From positions 45,167 through 93,214 of the forward strand of contig MFPR01000027.1 of NCBI GenBank assembly GCA_001784175.1: 48,048 nt of DNA. Direction: 5' to 3'. The notes under the pieces are model-generated. The model saw nothing but the letters and a program-made list of their open reading frames with translations, was not told the origin of the DNA and did not search any database. Source of the stretch: Candidatus Lindowbacteria bacterium RIFCSPLOWO2_12_FULL_62_27 (GTDB taxonomy: Bacteria; Lindowbacteria; 2-12-FULL-62-27). The position numbers were made by a program, and so were the translations under genes. This document shows, in pieces, positions 10,700 to 20,813 of the stretch; positions within the stretch are counted from its first letter, which is position 1; every line of letters starts with the position of its first letter.

Positions 10700-11987
10700 A
10701 TTTGAAAACCCCTTCCGTGGCCAGATTTCCCTCCACATAGGCCCGGCCCTCCATCGCGCCAAGCCGGCCGCCCATGTTGATCGCTTCGCATTCCAGCACC
10801 AACTGGTCCCCGGGCACCACAGGACGCCGCCATTTCACCTTATCGAGCCCCAGAAAATACACGATCCGGCCCTTGATCTTGAGGCGGGACAAAAGAAGGA
10901 TCGCGCCGAGCTGCGCGATGGCCTCAACGATCAGCACGCCCGGCATGACCGGACGCTGGGGAAAATGTCCCTGGAAAAATAACTCGTTGCCGGTGACGTT
11001 TTTCAATCCTATGATTTTTGTGTCGGTCATGCCCAGGACCCGGTCGACCAGCAGGAACGGATATCGATGCGGCAGGATTTCCTTCACGGCGTTCAGATCA
11101 AGACAAAAATCCTCGGCGCGGCCCAGAGGCTGCGGCATGGTCTCCGGAATTCCCTCCGGCAGCTTCAAGAACCGCTCCCGCAGCATCTGAACGAAGCGGA
11201 TGTTGAACCCATGACCCGATTTGATCGCAACGATCCTGCCTTTCAGCCGCCGGCCCATGAGCGCCAGATCGCCGACCAGGTCGAGAATCTTGTGTCGGAC
11301 CGGCTCGTCCGGAAACCTCAGGGGGCCGCTTAGAAGTTTTCCATTTTCGTACACGACCGCATTCTCCAGGCTGGCGCCTTTGATCATGCCCTGCTTCATG
11401 AGCTCGTCGGCCTCCGACACGAACCCGAACGTCCGGGCGGGCGCGATCTGGGCGCTGAACTCCTCCGGCGTCAGCCGAAACGCGGCATACTGCGTGCCGA
11501 CGGCGGGGTCCGGAAAGCTGACCGTTTCGCACACGTTGAAATCCGAGGCCGGCAGGGCGATCAGCGTCCGTTCGTTGTCTGTGAGGTGGATCGGCTCCCG
11601 GATTCGCAGCTCGCGCGCAGGGGCCGACTGCCGCACGAGCCCCACCGACTGAACGGCCTCCACATACATTTTGGAAGACCCGTCCAGAAGCGGCAATTCC
11701 TCCGCGTCGAGTTCCACCGTGCAATTGTCGATGCCGAGCCCCAGGAACACCGCCATCAGGTGCTCGATCGTGTGCACGTGAACATCGCCCACCGCGAGGC
11801 TCGTCCCCCGGTTCGCCCGCACCACAAGATCCACGCGAGCGGGAATTTCGACGGCCTCCATGAGGTCCACCCGGCGAAAGACAATCCCGCGGTTGGGTTC
11901 CGCCGGGACCAGCCGCACGCCGGCCGGTCGGCCCGTATGAAGGCCGATGCCCTGCAGTGGAACCGGGGACTTGAGTGTGTATTGCAT
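10683..11987 (-). CDS. lpxC-fabZ: Bifunctional UDP-3-O-acyl-GlcNAc deacetylase / 3-hydroxyacyl-ACP dehydratase
   Basis: LpxC motifs GIGLHTG, TIEHLMA, RHKILDLVGDL, KSGH, followed in frame by FabZ motifs LPHRYPFLLVDR and FFQGHFP..PVMPGVL. Confidence 0.95.
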   Translation of the reverse strand: MQYTLKSPVPLQGIGLHTGRPAGVRLVPAEPNRGIVFRRVDLMEAVEIPARVDLVVRANRGTSLAVGDVHVHTIEHLMAVFLGLGIDNCTVELDAEELPLLDGSSKMYVEAVQSVGLVRQSAPARELRIREPIHLTDNERTLIALPASDFNVCETVSFPDPAVGTQYAAFRLTPEEFSAQIAPARTFGFVSEADELMKQGMIKGASLENAVVYENGKLLSGPLRFPDEPVRHKILDLVGDLALMGRRLKGRIVAIKSGHGFNIRFVQMLRERFLKLPEGIPETMPQPLGRAEDFCLDLNAVKEILPHRYPFLLVDRVLGMTDTKIIGLKNVTGNELFFQGHFPQRPVMPGVLIVEAIAQLGAILLLSRLKIKGRIVYFLGLDKVKWRRPVVPGDQLVLECEAINMGGRLGAMEGRAYVEGNLATEGVFKYAVAE

Positions 11988-12015
11988 GGCTCAGTTCACG
12001 AGGCCGGATCGTTTC

Positions 12016-13125
12016 CTAAGCCGAGCCGATCGAAACGTTCTCAACAGATGATATCCTTCTGGACAATCGCACAATGGAGGCCTTGAGCCGGTGTACATCC
12101 CGGACGACGTCCGGCAGACGGCCCAGGGAAACCTTGATGCGCTTCTCCTCCGGGTGCGGGCGCGCCGGAAATCCTGACACGGCCTGTGCCGGCGCAAGGG
12201 ACTTGGTGACGCCGGACTTGGCGCCGATCATGACGCGATCGCCAACTTCGATATGCCCCGCAACGCCCGACTGGGCCGCGAGCACCACGCCGTGGCCCAG
12301 CTTCGCGCTGCCGGCGATTCCCGATTGCGCGATCAGAAGACAGTGGGACCCCAGCCGGACATTGTGGGCGACATGAACCAGATTGTCGATCTTGGTGCCC
12401 CGGCCGATCACGGTGTCGCCGACCGTTCCGCGATCGATCGTGACGTTCGCGCCGATCTCCACGTCGTCCTCGATTCGAACGCCGCCGATCTGCGGCACTT
12501 TGTGATGTCCCTCGGCGGTCGACACGTATCCATACCCGTCACTGCCGATCACGGTTCCGGAGTGGATGAGGCATCGGGATCCGATGCAAACGCCGTCGTA
12601 CACGCGAACGCCCGGAAAAATGCGCGTCTGAGCGCCGATCCGGCTGCCCGGCCCGATGCTCGCGAGCGCCTCCACGATCGCGCCGTCTCCCAGCTTGCAG
12701 CCGTCGCCGATCACCGCATGAGGGCCGAGCGAAACGTTTTTGCCAAGTTCCACCCGGCTGCCCACCACGGCCGTCGCATGAACGCCCGGCGCCGGAACCG
12801 GCCGGTGGTCGAACAGGGCCAGGAGATGCGGCATGGATGCGCGGACATCCGAAACGCCAAGCAGCGCGCGGCCCGAGGACGGAATCAGATCCGAGAGCGC
12901 CGGGCGCGGAAGCATGACGATCGCGGCCAAACTTCGCATCGCCGCCGGCACATCCTTTAATTTCTCCACAAAAATCAGGCTGGCCTCATCGGCCTCGGCC
13001 GGCTGCGCCAGGCGCGCAGCGCGCGCGTCGGGGTTGCCCCGCAGCTCAGCCGTCAGGCCCGCCTGCTCGATGGCCGCCAGGAGGCCGGCGGCGGTGCGGC
13101 CTGTGTTTCCGGGCTCTGTGTTCAC
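12016..13125 (-). CDS. lpxD: UDP-3-O-(3-hydroxyacyl)glucosamine N-acyltransferase
   Basis: Hexapeptide repeats, [40 protein letters not shown]. Confidence 0.95.
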   Translation of the reverse strand: MNTEPGNTGRTAAGLLAAIEQAGLTAELRGNPDARAARLAQPAEADEASLIFVEKLKDVPAAMRSLAAIVMLPRPALSDLIPSSGRALLGVSDVRASMPHLLALFDHRPVPAPGVHATAVVGSRVELGKNVSLGPHAVIGDGCKLGDGAIVEALASIGPGSRIGAQTRIFPGVRVYDGVCIGSRCLIHSGTVIGSDGYGYVSTAEGHHKVPQIGGVRIEDDVEIGANVTIDRGTVGDTVIGRGTKIDNLVHVAHNVRLGSHCLLIAQSGIAGSAKLGHGVVLAAQSGVAGHIEVGDRVMIGAKSGVTKSLAPAQAVSGFPARPHPEEKRIKVSLGRLPDVVRDVHRLKASIVRLSRRISSVENVSIGSA

Positions 13126-13727
13126 TTTTTCTTTTCTTCTGGCTTCTCCGATTTCGACTTGACCGCTTCCTTCACCCTGGAAATGACCGCCTCGGTGATG
13201 TCCAGCGAGTCATCGACGTAAAGAATCGGCCGGCCGGAGGGGGCGGCCGCGTCGAACACGACGTTAAATCCCTTGGACTTCGAAACCTCCTCGATGGACT
13301 TGCTGAGCGTTTCCTTGACGGGCGACAAAAGCTCGTCCTCCTTTTCGGCCAGCTCGCTCTGCAGTTGCTTGACGAGGTCCTGGTATCCGCCCAGCTCCTT
13401 CTTGAACTCGCCCTCCTTTTCCTTCTTGGAGTCTTCCGACCGCAGAAGATTCTTTTTCAGGTCGTTGTCGAGCTGCTGGATCTGCCGTTCCTTCTCGGTG
13501 ATCAGCTTCTGCTTGGGTTTGGCCCATTCCTCCAGCGTCTCCTTGGCCTTGGCGTACTCCGGATAATTGCGGAGCACCTCCTGCAAATCGATGAAACAGG
13601 CCTTGATGTTTCCGGCGCTGATCAAGGGTTCTTCGGCGCGGGCGGCATGGCTCAGGGCCGGGCCCGCCAAAAACGCTGCGCACAGGATCGCTCGCAGGTA
13701 CGGAATGTTCATGGAAAACCTCCTCAT
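13122..13727 (-). CDS. skp: OmpH/Skp family periplasmic chaperone (second copy)
   Basis: Signal peptide, [11 protein letters not shown], coiled coil, GFNVVFD...[15 protein letters not shown]; sits upstream of lpxD. Confidence 0.85.
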   Translation of the reverse strand: MRRFSMNIPYLRAILCAAFLAGPALSHAARAEEPLISAGNIKACFIDLQEVLRNYPEYAKAKETLEEWAKPKQKLITEKERQIQQLDNDLKKNLLRSEDSKKEKEGEFKKELGGYQDLVKQLQSELAEKEDELLSPVKETLSKSIEEVSKSKGFNVVFDAAAPSGRPILYVDDSLDITEAVISRVKEAVKSKSEKPEEKKK

Positions 13728-14245
13728 GGCTTTTTCGGCTTGTTCAATTTCTCGATGACGGCGCTCGTCATGTCGACGTAATCCTCGGATGCGTACAAAA
13801 TCTCGTTTTCGGAAAACACCAGGCTGAATCCCTTCTGGATCGCAATGTCTCGGATCGCGTTGTAGATGGACTTCCGGGCGTCCGAAATGAGCGTCTCCCG
13901 CTCCTTGTCCAGCACGTTCATCGACTGGTAATAGGACGTCTGGAGTTCCACCTTCTGCTGGGCCAGGATGGCCTGCATGCGCTGGACGCGGACAGGATCG
14001 TTTTCGGAGGCCAGCTCCTTTTCCATCCGGCGGATGTCCTCGTTGGCCTTGGTGACGTTCTGCACCACTCGGTCTTTTTCGGCGTCGTTCTTCTTGAGCT
14101 TTTCCTGAAAGGCATCGTAACTCATGGAAACTTCTTCGAAATTCACCACGGCGATCCGGATGAGCGCCTCGGCCGAGGCGGAAACCGCCGGCAACCCCGC
14201 CAGACACAGACCGAAGGTCAGTCGATAGAGCATTTTTTCAAACAT
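13724..14245 (-). CDS. skp: OmpH/Skp family periplasmic chaperone (first copy)
   Basis: Signal peptide, RIAVVNFEEV, coiled coil, KGFSLVF..NEILYASEDYVDMTSAVIEKLN. Confidence 0.85.
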   Translation of the reverse strand: MFEKMLYRLTFGLCLAGLPAVSASAEALIRIAVVNFEEVSMSYDAFQEKLKKNDAEKDRVVQNVTKANEDIRRMEKELASENDPVRVQRMQAILAQQKVELQTSYYQSMNVLDKERETLISDARKSIYNAIRDIAIQKGFSLVFSENEILYASEDYVDMTSAVIEKLNKPKKP

Positions 14246-15467
14246 GTTGATGTTCCTCCAAATATCGTTCGGCGTCCAGCGCTGCCATGCAGCCTGTGCC
14301 GGCGGCCGTCACGGCCTGCCGGTAAACCCGGTCCGCCACATCGCCGGCCGCAAAAACACCCGGCGCGCTGGTCTTCGTGCAGCCGGGCATCGTGCGGATG
14401 TATCCATGCTCGTCCATGTCGATCTGTCCGCGAAACGCCGCCGTGTTGGGCTGATGGCCGATCGCGACAAAGAGTCCCTGGCAGGGAAGAACCTCCTCCG
14501 CTCCGTTCACGGTCGATTTGAGCTTAAGTCCGGTCATGACCTTGCCGTCGCCCACCACTTCCGTCACGGCCGTGTTCCACCGTACCTCCACTTTCGGGTT
14601 CTTGAGCACTCGATCCTGCATGATCTTCGACGCGCGAAACTTGTCCCGGCGGTGAATCAGGATCAGCTTCGAAACGAATTTCGTCAGAAAGTTCGCCTCC
14701 TCCATCGCCGTGTCGCCGCCGCCAACCACTGCGACAGCCTGGTTCCTGAAAAACGCGCCGTCGCATGTTGCACACGCCGATACTCCGCGCCCGCCGTACC
14801 CGGCCGGCGCCGGCGCCTCGCCCGGAATGCCGATCCATTTGGCCGACGCGCCGGTCGCGATGATCAGCGCGCGACAGCGCCGGGCCGTGCCGTCGCCCAT
14901 CGAAAGCACGATCGGCCGGGCCTTGAGGTCCGCCCGGACAACCTCGCCGGACACGATCCGCGTTCCGAACCGGCTCGCCTGCCGGCGAAACAAGTCCATC
15001 ATGTCCGGGCCGAGCACGCCTTCCGGAAAGCCCGGAAAATTTTCGACGTCGGTCGTGATCGTCAACTGGCCGCCCGGCTGAAGGCCGTCGATGACCAAGG
15101 GGTTGAGATTCGCGCGCGCGGCGTAAATCGCCGCCGTCAAGCCGGCGGGGCCGCTGCCCAGAATAACCACCTCTTCCGTTGCCCCCGCGTCGGCCGATCC
15201 GCCGCCGATCGGCGCCAGACCGAGAACCTCATCGAGCTTTCCCTGCCGCTCCAGGTCCGCGAGATCTTCGAATCCGCCATGGGGCCGGCCGTCAATGAAG
15301 ACTTGGGGCACGGTGTCCCGGCCGGACTCCCGGCGCATTTTCATCTCCAGCTCCAGATCACGTTCCACGTCAATTTCCTTGAACGGCACTCCCTTCGATT
15401 TCAACAACTCCTTCGCCCACCGGCAAAACGGGCAGTAGGGTTTCGTGTATACCAGCACGCTTACCAT
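14238..15467 (-). CDS. trxB: Glutaredoxin (GrxC-like) - thioredoxin-disulfide reductase (TrxB) fusion
   Basis: N-terminal YTKPYCPFC...TVPQVFIDG..GGFEDL (glutaredoxin), Gly-rich linker, then ILGSGPAGLTAAIYAARA, VSACATCDG, VVGGGDTAMEEA, IHRRD, FAAGDVAD..YRQAVTAAG. Confidence 0.92.
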   Translation of the reverse strand: MVSVLVYTKPYCPFCRWAKELLKSKGVPFKEIDVERDLELEMKMRRESGRDTVPQVFIDGRPHGGFEDLADLERQGKLDEVLGLAPIGGGSADAGATEEVVILGSGPAGLTAAIYAARANLNPLVIDGLQPGGQLTITTDVENFPGFPEGVLGPDMMDLFRRQASRFGTRIVSGEVVRADLKARPIVLSMGDGTARRCRALIIATGASAKWIGIPGEAPAPAGYGGRGVSACATCDGAFFRNQAVAVVGGGDTAMEEANFLTKFVSKLILIHRRDKFRASKIMQDRVLKNPKVEVRWNTAVTEVVGDGKVMTGLKLKSTVNGAEEVLPCQGLFVAIGHQPNTAAFRGQIDMDEHGYIRTMPGCTKTSAPGVFAAGDVADRVYRQAVTAAGTGCMAALDAERYLEEHQHV

Positions 15468-15522
15468 AAAAGGAAAGCATATCTGAAACCGCCGGCAAAA
15501 TTCAACACGCGGCGCCGGTCCA

Positions 15523-16254
15523 CTACTCGTACGACCGGATGTTTCGCTCAATCCGGCGGACATTCGATTCAACCGCCTGCCGCAGCTTCGCCGCGCTCTC
15601 CCCAAGGAACGTCCCCGGCACGGCCGTCTCGATGTCCTTCAACAGATCCACCGATTCCGCCGGCGCCGATAGCTCCATCAGGCAGACAGCCATCCGGAAC
15701 TTGGCCGCCAGCGCGCCTTCGCCCTCCGGATCCTGCGTCAGCGACTCCCGGTAGAGCTGCAGCGCCTTCAGGTGGTCTTTCCGGTTCTCTTTGAGCGTGG
15801 CCAGCCGGCGGTACACTTCGGCGCGGTCTTTCCCGCCCGTTTCGACATCCGTGAGAAGCTGCTCATACAGGGACTCCGCGCGGTCCGTCTCTCCGAGTTC
15901 ATCTGTGAGCAGTGCGACCATCAGGCGGCACCGGCCGCGAACCTGGCCCGACGTCTCGGCGATCATGGCCTCAAAGTGCTGCCGGCCCCGGCCCAACTGA
16001 TTGAGGGACCGGTGACAGAATCCCAGAAACACGCCGCTGTCAGGTGCCAGCGCCCGACGCGACCAGAGCTGCTCCAAGATCGCAGCCGCATCGCCGACCT
16101 GCGAGAGATGGTACAGGCACACCGCGACGTTGTAGAGGTACTTGTCCTCCTTCAAGTCGGCGTGAAGCCCCCTGTACACCTCCAGGGCCTCCTCATATTT
16201 CTTCTCCCGAAACAAAGCTTCCGCCCGCCGTTGGGCCGCAGGTTTGTCGCTCAT
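15523..16254 (-). CDS. Tetratricopeptide repeat protein
   Basis: Repeated TPR-like helix pairs (AEALFREKKYEEALEVY, YNVAVCLYHL, FRMAVCLMEL). Confidence 0.75.
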   Translation of the reverse strand: MSDKPAAQRRAEALFREKKYEEALEVYRGLHADLKEDKYLYNVAVCLYHLSQVGDAAAILEQLWSRRALAPDSGVFLGFCHRSLNQLGRGRQHFEAMIAETSGQVRGRCRLMVALLTDELGETDRAESLYEQLLTDVETGGKDRAEVYRRLATLKENRKDHLKALQLYRESLTQDPEGEGALAAKFRMAVCLMELSAPAESVDLLKDIETAVPGTFLGESAAKLRQAVESNVRRIERNIRSYE

Positions 16255-16362
16255 CTCGACACCATCGCATATTTTTTGCGGAATGAACATCTTTCAAACA
16301 CATGGATTGAACATGTTATACTCATGGAAGGAAGCGAGACAAAACTGTCATACGAGGAGGCG

Positions 16363-16779
16363 ATGTCCATGTTCGAAGTATCAAGCGCACTGAGGCGCGG
16401 ATGGTGCGCCGGTTTGTTCGCTCTGCTCTTGTGCCTGCCGCTGACGGCCGGCGAGGAGGGCGGCGAGAAGGCCCGTCACGAGCAGCGCGAAAAGGCGGGA
16501 GAGGAAATGCAGGCGGAACGGCATAAAATCCGGGAGGAATTCGACAAAAAGCGCGACGTCGTCCAGGAAAAACGCAAGAAGCTCCGGGCCGAAATCCGGG
16601 AACTCAAGGCCAAAATGCGGGAACTGCAGAAACAACAAAACGACCTCGAACTCGAAGTCGGCGCGATCCAGGACCAGATGGAGGTCGCCATGGAGGAGCT
16701 GGAGGAGAAGATGGAACAGAAACGGAAAGAAATGAGGGAAAAAGAACAGGAGAAACGAAAGGAGCGCGGGGAGGATTGA
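16363..16779 (+). CDS. Secreted, highly charged coiled-coil hypothetical protein
   Basis: GAGGAGG RBS before ATG 16363; signal-peptide-like N-terminus followed by an E/K/R-rich helix. Confidence 0.65.
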   Translation: MSMFEVSSALRRGWCAGLFALLLCLPLTAGEEGGEKARHEQREKAGEEMQAERHKIREEFDKKRDVVQEKRKKLRAEIRELKAKMRELQKQQNDLELEVGAIQDQMEVAMEELEEKMEQKRKEMREKEQEKRKERGED

Positions 16780-16783
16780 TACA

Positions 16784-16989
16784 TCAGACTGGCCCGCGTT
16801 CCCGGGAAGTCAGGGCGGAACGGCAAGGTCGGAGTGCCGGAGCCGGTGGCGCCACACGGATGTGGCGGCGCATGTTCGGCGGAGGGACGGGGTCCGCCGC
16901 CGTAGCTCCCCCCAAGAGCTGGGGCTCCTCCCCTCATTCGATGCTTCCTTGTTGGGGGCTGCCAAGGAGAGGAGGAGTTGAGGGGAGGA
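16784..16989. repeat. ~206 bp structured intergenic repeat, copy 1
   Basis: Aligns by eye to 35994-36200 in the same orientation with 9 substitutions and 1 indel; contains several inverted repeats. Confidence 0.95.
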
Positions 16990-17043
16990 CGCTGCGCGCC
17001 TGCGGCCGGTGTCAGGACGTAGAGGCGGGTGCGCCCGGACGCG

Positions 17044-17760
17044 TCAATACATCCACCTTTCATGCCTCACAGGAAGACGATTCAACACATCCCGATAATA
17101 TCCCCACTTCGGTATAAACCGGTCCATGAAAGATTTGAAGCGCGCATTGTGCCTGGGTTCCAGCAGGTGGAGCATCTCGTGCACGACGATGTATTCGATG
17201 CACTCGGATGGCTTCCTGGCCAGATCCGTGTTGAGCCGGATGTTTTTGGAGACGAGGTTGCAACTTCCCCACCTTGTTTTCATCCGTTGCACAAAGAACC
17301 GCTCCACCTTCACCCCTATGAGCGGCTCCCATTTGGCAATCAAGGGCGGTACGGCTTTTTTGACTTGCTCTCGATACCATTCATCCACGATGGTTCTCTT
17401 TTTCTTTTGCCGAGTGCCGGGCCGAATCCGAAGGAGCATCTTGCCGTGCTTCAGTTCCACGCTTGGCGCTTCGTCGACCTCGATTGGCCTGAGGATGTGC
17501 CGCCTTCCCCAGACGTAATGGCTTTCCAGGTCCAGATATTCACGCGGGGTTTCACGCTCCTGAGTCCGAAGCTTTTCCCGCTGTTTTTTGATCCATCCGA
17601 GTTTCGAGATCGCGAAGACGCGAATCAAGTCCAGACTCATCCGCGATGGGGCGGAAATCCGGACTCTGCCGGTTGGAGGATAGACGCTGAGATGGATGTT
17701 TTTGATGTCCTTCAGCGTCACATCCACCGCGATCTCGCCCATTTTTATTTGCGTGATCAT
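17044..17760 (-). CDS. YgjP/DUF45 (M48/SprT-like) metal-dependent hydrolase associated with Type I RM
   Basis: MKTRWGSCN, YIVVHEMLHL (HExxH), HNARF; last gene of the hsd operon. Confidence 0.9.
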   Translation of the reverse strand: MITQIKMGEIAVDVTLKDIKNIHLSVYPPTGRVRISAPSRMSLDLIRVFAISKLGWIKKQREKLRTQERETPREYLDLESHYVWGRRHILRPIEVDEAPSVELKHGKMLLRIRPGTRQKKKRTIVDEWYREQVKKAVPPLIAKWEPLIGVKVERFFVQRMKTRWGSCNLVSKNIRLNTDLARKPSECIEYIVVHEMLHLLEPRHNARFKSFMDRFIPKWGYYRDVLNRLPVRHERWMY

Positions 17761-20700
17761 CAGTATTCTCTCTGCGCTCTGATGATGAGGAAGATGCGTT
17801 CCACCTCGGCCTCATTCCTTCCTAAAAGCGGGAGCAATTCCCCTTTGATGATGTTCTCGCGCGTCCGAATGCCTCGCCAGCCGTCCGGCCGGACCCTTTT
17901 CACGGTCTCGTCAATCTTCAACGCCAACTCTTCATTCTGGTTCAGATTGTGGTAGAGGGCGCGTTTCCCCTGCGTGTCCAGCTTTTCCGGCGTCTCCTCC
18001 GAATGCCCGGCATCCACCTTCTTCGCCAGCTCGGCGACGCGTTTCAAGTATTCCTCATACTCGATCGCCTTGGCCTTGCGCGCCGCGATGATCTCGTCCA
18101 GGAGCGTCGACATCTTCTCGTAGAAAGCCGGGTCGTTCAGGTGCTCCTTGATGATCTTTCTGCGGACGTTGTTCTCGATGGTTTCGGCGATGGCGTCCTT
18201 GTTGCCCTTCAGGCCGCCCAGCTGCGTGGCGATGGCATTGGCGATGCCGGTCTTCACAATCAGCTCCAGCAGGCCCATGTTGTCGAAGGGCGAAATTTTG
18301 CGCGGCTCATCGGCCTCGATGTAGGTGTCAATGAGGTGCCGCATGTCGGCCTCGTAGGCTTTGAGGTCGAGCGTCTCGCCGCTGGCCTTGCGGATGATCT
18401 CGCGGACGTTCAAGTGGTAGTCGAGCTGCTTCTTGATGCGCGCAATGTCGGAGCTGCTGTAGCCGGCCGCGTCCAATTCGTCGGAGATGTTGGCGTAGGC
18501 GCGCACGAGCGCCACGGTCGCCTTGTAGAGCGCGGCCCGCTGCGGTTCGCGTTCCTTCAGGTCGGAAGCGATCTCGGTATTGCCGCAAAAATAGTGGATG
18601 TGCTCCAGCTCACCCTTGGGCGGCTCAACCGGTTCGCGCAGAAGGGCGATCACTTCAATGGCGTCGTCGAGGCGTTCTCTCCCCTTCTTCAAACGATCCT
18701 GCAACAGGACTTCCGGGTCTGTCCCGCCGTCGCTGTGGTCCAGTTCGGAGGTGTAGACCGCGATGGCGTTCTCGACTTTTTTGAACAGGTCTTTGTAGTC
18801 CACGATGTAGCCGAAATCCTTGTCCTCGCCGTCCAGCCGGTTGACGCGGCAGATGGCCTGGAACAGGCCGTGATCCTGCATGGACTTGTCGATGTAAAGG
18901 TAGGTGCAGGGCGGCGCGTCGAATCCGGTCAAGAGCTTGTCCACCACCACCAGAAGTTTCATGTTCGCCGGCTCTTTTGTGAACAGCGCCTTTGCTCTCT
19001 CCTCGTATGTCTCGGTCCGGGTCTGCCCCGGCTTGGCGTCGACGTCCTTCAGAAGTTCCGTGTATGTGTTGTAGATGAACTGCTTGTCGGTCTCGGTGTT
19101 GGCGCCGGTTTCCTCCAGCGTCACATCTTTCGCAAGCGGGTTGTAGGATGTCACCACCGCGCACTTGCCCCTGAACGGCGTCTTCTGGAACAGCGTAAAA
19201 TATTTGCTCGCATCGTAGATGCTGGAGGCCACCAGGATGGCGTTGCCGCGTTCGCTCGAAAGACGCGGCTTCACGCTGAAATCGAAGACGATGTCGTTCA
19301 CCACCCGATCCATGCGCGATTTGGAGCTGAGCACGTTCTGCATCGTGCCCCATCGCTTTTTCAGCTCGTCCTTTTGCCAGTCGTTCAGCCCTTTGGTCTT
19401 GGAGTCGAACCACGCGTCGATCTTGTCTTCGGAGCCGAGCCGTTGATCGATGTCCCGCGCCTCGTACACGATATCCAGCACCACCCCGTCATCCACCCCC
19501 TCGCTGAACTTGTAGGTGTGGATGTAGCCGCCGAACACTTCAAGGCTGGTCGCCTTGTCTTTCATCAGAAGCGGCGTGCCCGTGAATCCGATGAAGACGG
19601 CGTTCGGCATCATCGCCTTCATCACGCGGTGCAGCTTGCCGCTCTGCGTGCGATGGCATTCGTCCACGAACACGAACACTTCGCCCATCGTCGGGCTGGG
19701 CCTGGCTTCCAGCTCCTTGATGAAGGCGTCGAAGTCGTCCACGTCCTTTCGGCCGAACTTGTGCACCAGCGAGCAGAGCAGGCGCGGTCTGGCTTGGCCG
19801 AGCTGATTCATCAGTTCACGGCCGCTGTTGGTGCGCTTGATGGCCTCGCCCGTTTCGGTGAAGACCCGCTCGATCTGTTTGTCCAGCTCGTCGCGGTCGG
19901 TGATGATGGCAACGCGGGCGTTCGGGTTGTTTTCCAAAATCCATTTGGCGAGCATGACCATGACGATGCTCTTGCCGCTGCCCTGCGTGTGCCAGATGAT
20001 GCCGCCCTTTTTCTCGCGCACATGGCTCTGCGCGGCCTTGACGCCGAAATACTGGTGGACGCGCGGCAGTTTCTTTACGCCGCCGTCGAACAGCACGAAG
20101 TCGCGCATCAGCTCGATCAGCCGGCGCTTGTCGCACATCTTGAGCAGATACTTGTCCAGCTTGAACCGGCTGTTGTCCGCTTCGTCCTCCTTCCACTTGA
20201 GGAAATATTTCTCCGGCGTGCCGATGGCGCCGTATTGCAGTCCCTCGGAATCATTCCCGGCGAAAACAATCTGAACGGTGGAGAAGAACCACTCGTTGAA
20301 CTCCTTCTGCTGGTTGGACAGCAACTGCCGGATGCCGTCGCCGATGGTGACGCGGCTGTTCTTCAGTTCCAGCATGCCGACAGCGATGCCGTTCACGTAC
20401 AGAACCAAGTCGGGCCGCCGCTCGTGGTTGCCCTGGAGCGTCACCTCCTCGGCGATGGCGAAGTCATTCTTTAATGGATTGCCCCAATCGATCAGTTGGA
20501 TCGATTCCGTCTTCTCGCCCGCCTCCACTTTTACCGGGACGCCGTAGCGCAGAAGTCCGTACACGATTCTGTTATTTTCGTAGAGACTCCGGTTGGGATG
20601 GTGGGCTTCCGTGAGAAGAACGTGAATCGCCCGGGCGATTTTATCCGCGCGGTATTTCCGGCTTTCCAGATATGCCTTGAGAATTTTTCCCTCGATGTTG

Positions 20701-20813
20701 CTGTTGCCGTCGCGGTCGGTCCAGTCGCCGAGATATCGATAGTCCAGCTCGTCGCGGAAGAGGGCGATGACCCGGTTCTGCGTGGCGCGTTCGGGCTGGC
20801 CGATGGTGCTCAT
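17760..20813 (-). CDS. hsdR: Type I restriction endonuclease subunit R (system 1)
   Basis: RRPDLVLYVNGIAVGMLELK nuclease motif, WHTQGSGKS, VDECHR, GFTGTP, LLTGFDAP, QAICRVNR. Confidence 0.96.
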   Translation of the reverse strand: MSTIGQPERATQNRVIALFRDELDYRYLGDWTDRDGNSNIEGKILKAYLESRKYRADKIARAIHVLLTEAHHPNRSLYENNRIVYGLLRYGVPVKVEAGEKTESIQLIDWGNPLKNDFAIAEEVTLQGNHERRPDLVLYVNGIAVGMLELKNSRVTIGDGIRQLLSNQQKEFNEWFFSTVQIVFAGNDSEGLQYGAIGTPEKYFLKWKEDEADNSRFKLDKYLLKMCDKRRLIELMRDFVLFDGGVKKLPRVHQYFGVKAAQSHVREKKGGIIWHTQGSGKSIVMVMLAKWILENNPNARVAIITDRDELDKQIERVFTETGEAIKRTNSGRELMNQLGQARPRLLCSLVHKFGRKDVDDFDAFIKELEARPSPTMGEVFVFVDECHRTQSGKLHRVMKAMMPNAVFIGFTGTPLLMKDKATSLEVFGGYIHTYKFSEGVDDGVVLDIVYEARDIDQRLGSEDKIDAWFDSKTKGLNDWQKDELKKRWGTMQNVLSSKSRMDRVVNDIVFDFSVKPRLSSERGNAILVASSIYDASKYFTLFQKTPFRGKCAVVTSYNPLAKDVTLEETGANTETDKQFIYNTYTELLKDVDAKPGQTRTETYEERAKALFTKEPANMKLLVVVDKLLTGFDAPPCTYLYIDKSMQDHGLFQAICRVNRLDGEDKDFGYIVDYKDLFKKVENAIAVYTSELDHSDGGTDPEVLLQDRLKKGRERLDDAIEVIALLREPVEPPKGELEHIHYFCGNTEIASDLKEREPQRAALYKATVALVRAYANISDELDAAGYSSSDIARIKKQLDYHLNVREIIRKASGETLDLKAYEADMRHLIDTYIEADEPRKISPFDNMGLLELIVKTGIANAIATQLGGLKGNKDAIAETIENNVRRKIIKEHLNDPAFYEKMSTLLDEIIAARKAKAIEYEEYLKRVAELAKKVDAGHSEETPEKLDTQGKRALYHNLNQNEELALKIDETVKRVRPDGWRGIRTRENIIKGELLPLLGRNEAEVERIFLIIRAQREY

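Noticed and set aside
17029-17036. GTGCGCCC matching the tRNA-Val 3' end near the island's left edge
   Set aside because: Only 8 bp, inverted relative to the tRNA, and expected by chance in GC-rich DNA.
17949-20474. Long plus-strand ORFs antisense to the hsd, lpx and trxB genes (e.g. 841 aa here, 824 aa at 43371-45845, 520 aa at 9143-10705)
   Set aside because: Shadow ORFs from GC-rich codon bias; they have no motifs and fully overlap well-supported opposite-strand genes.
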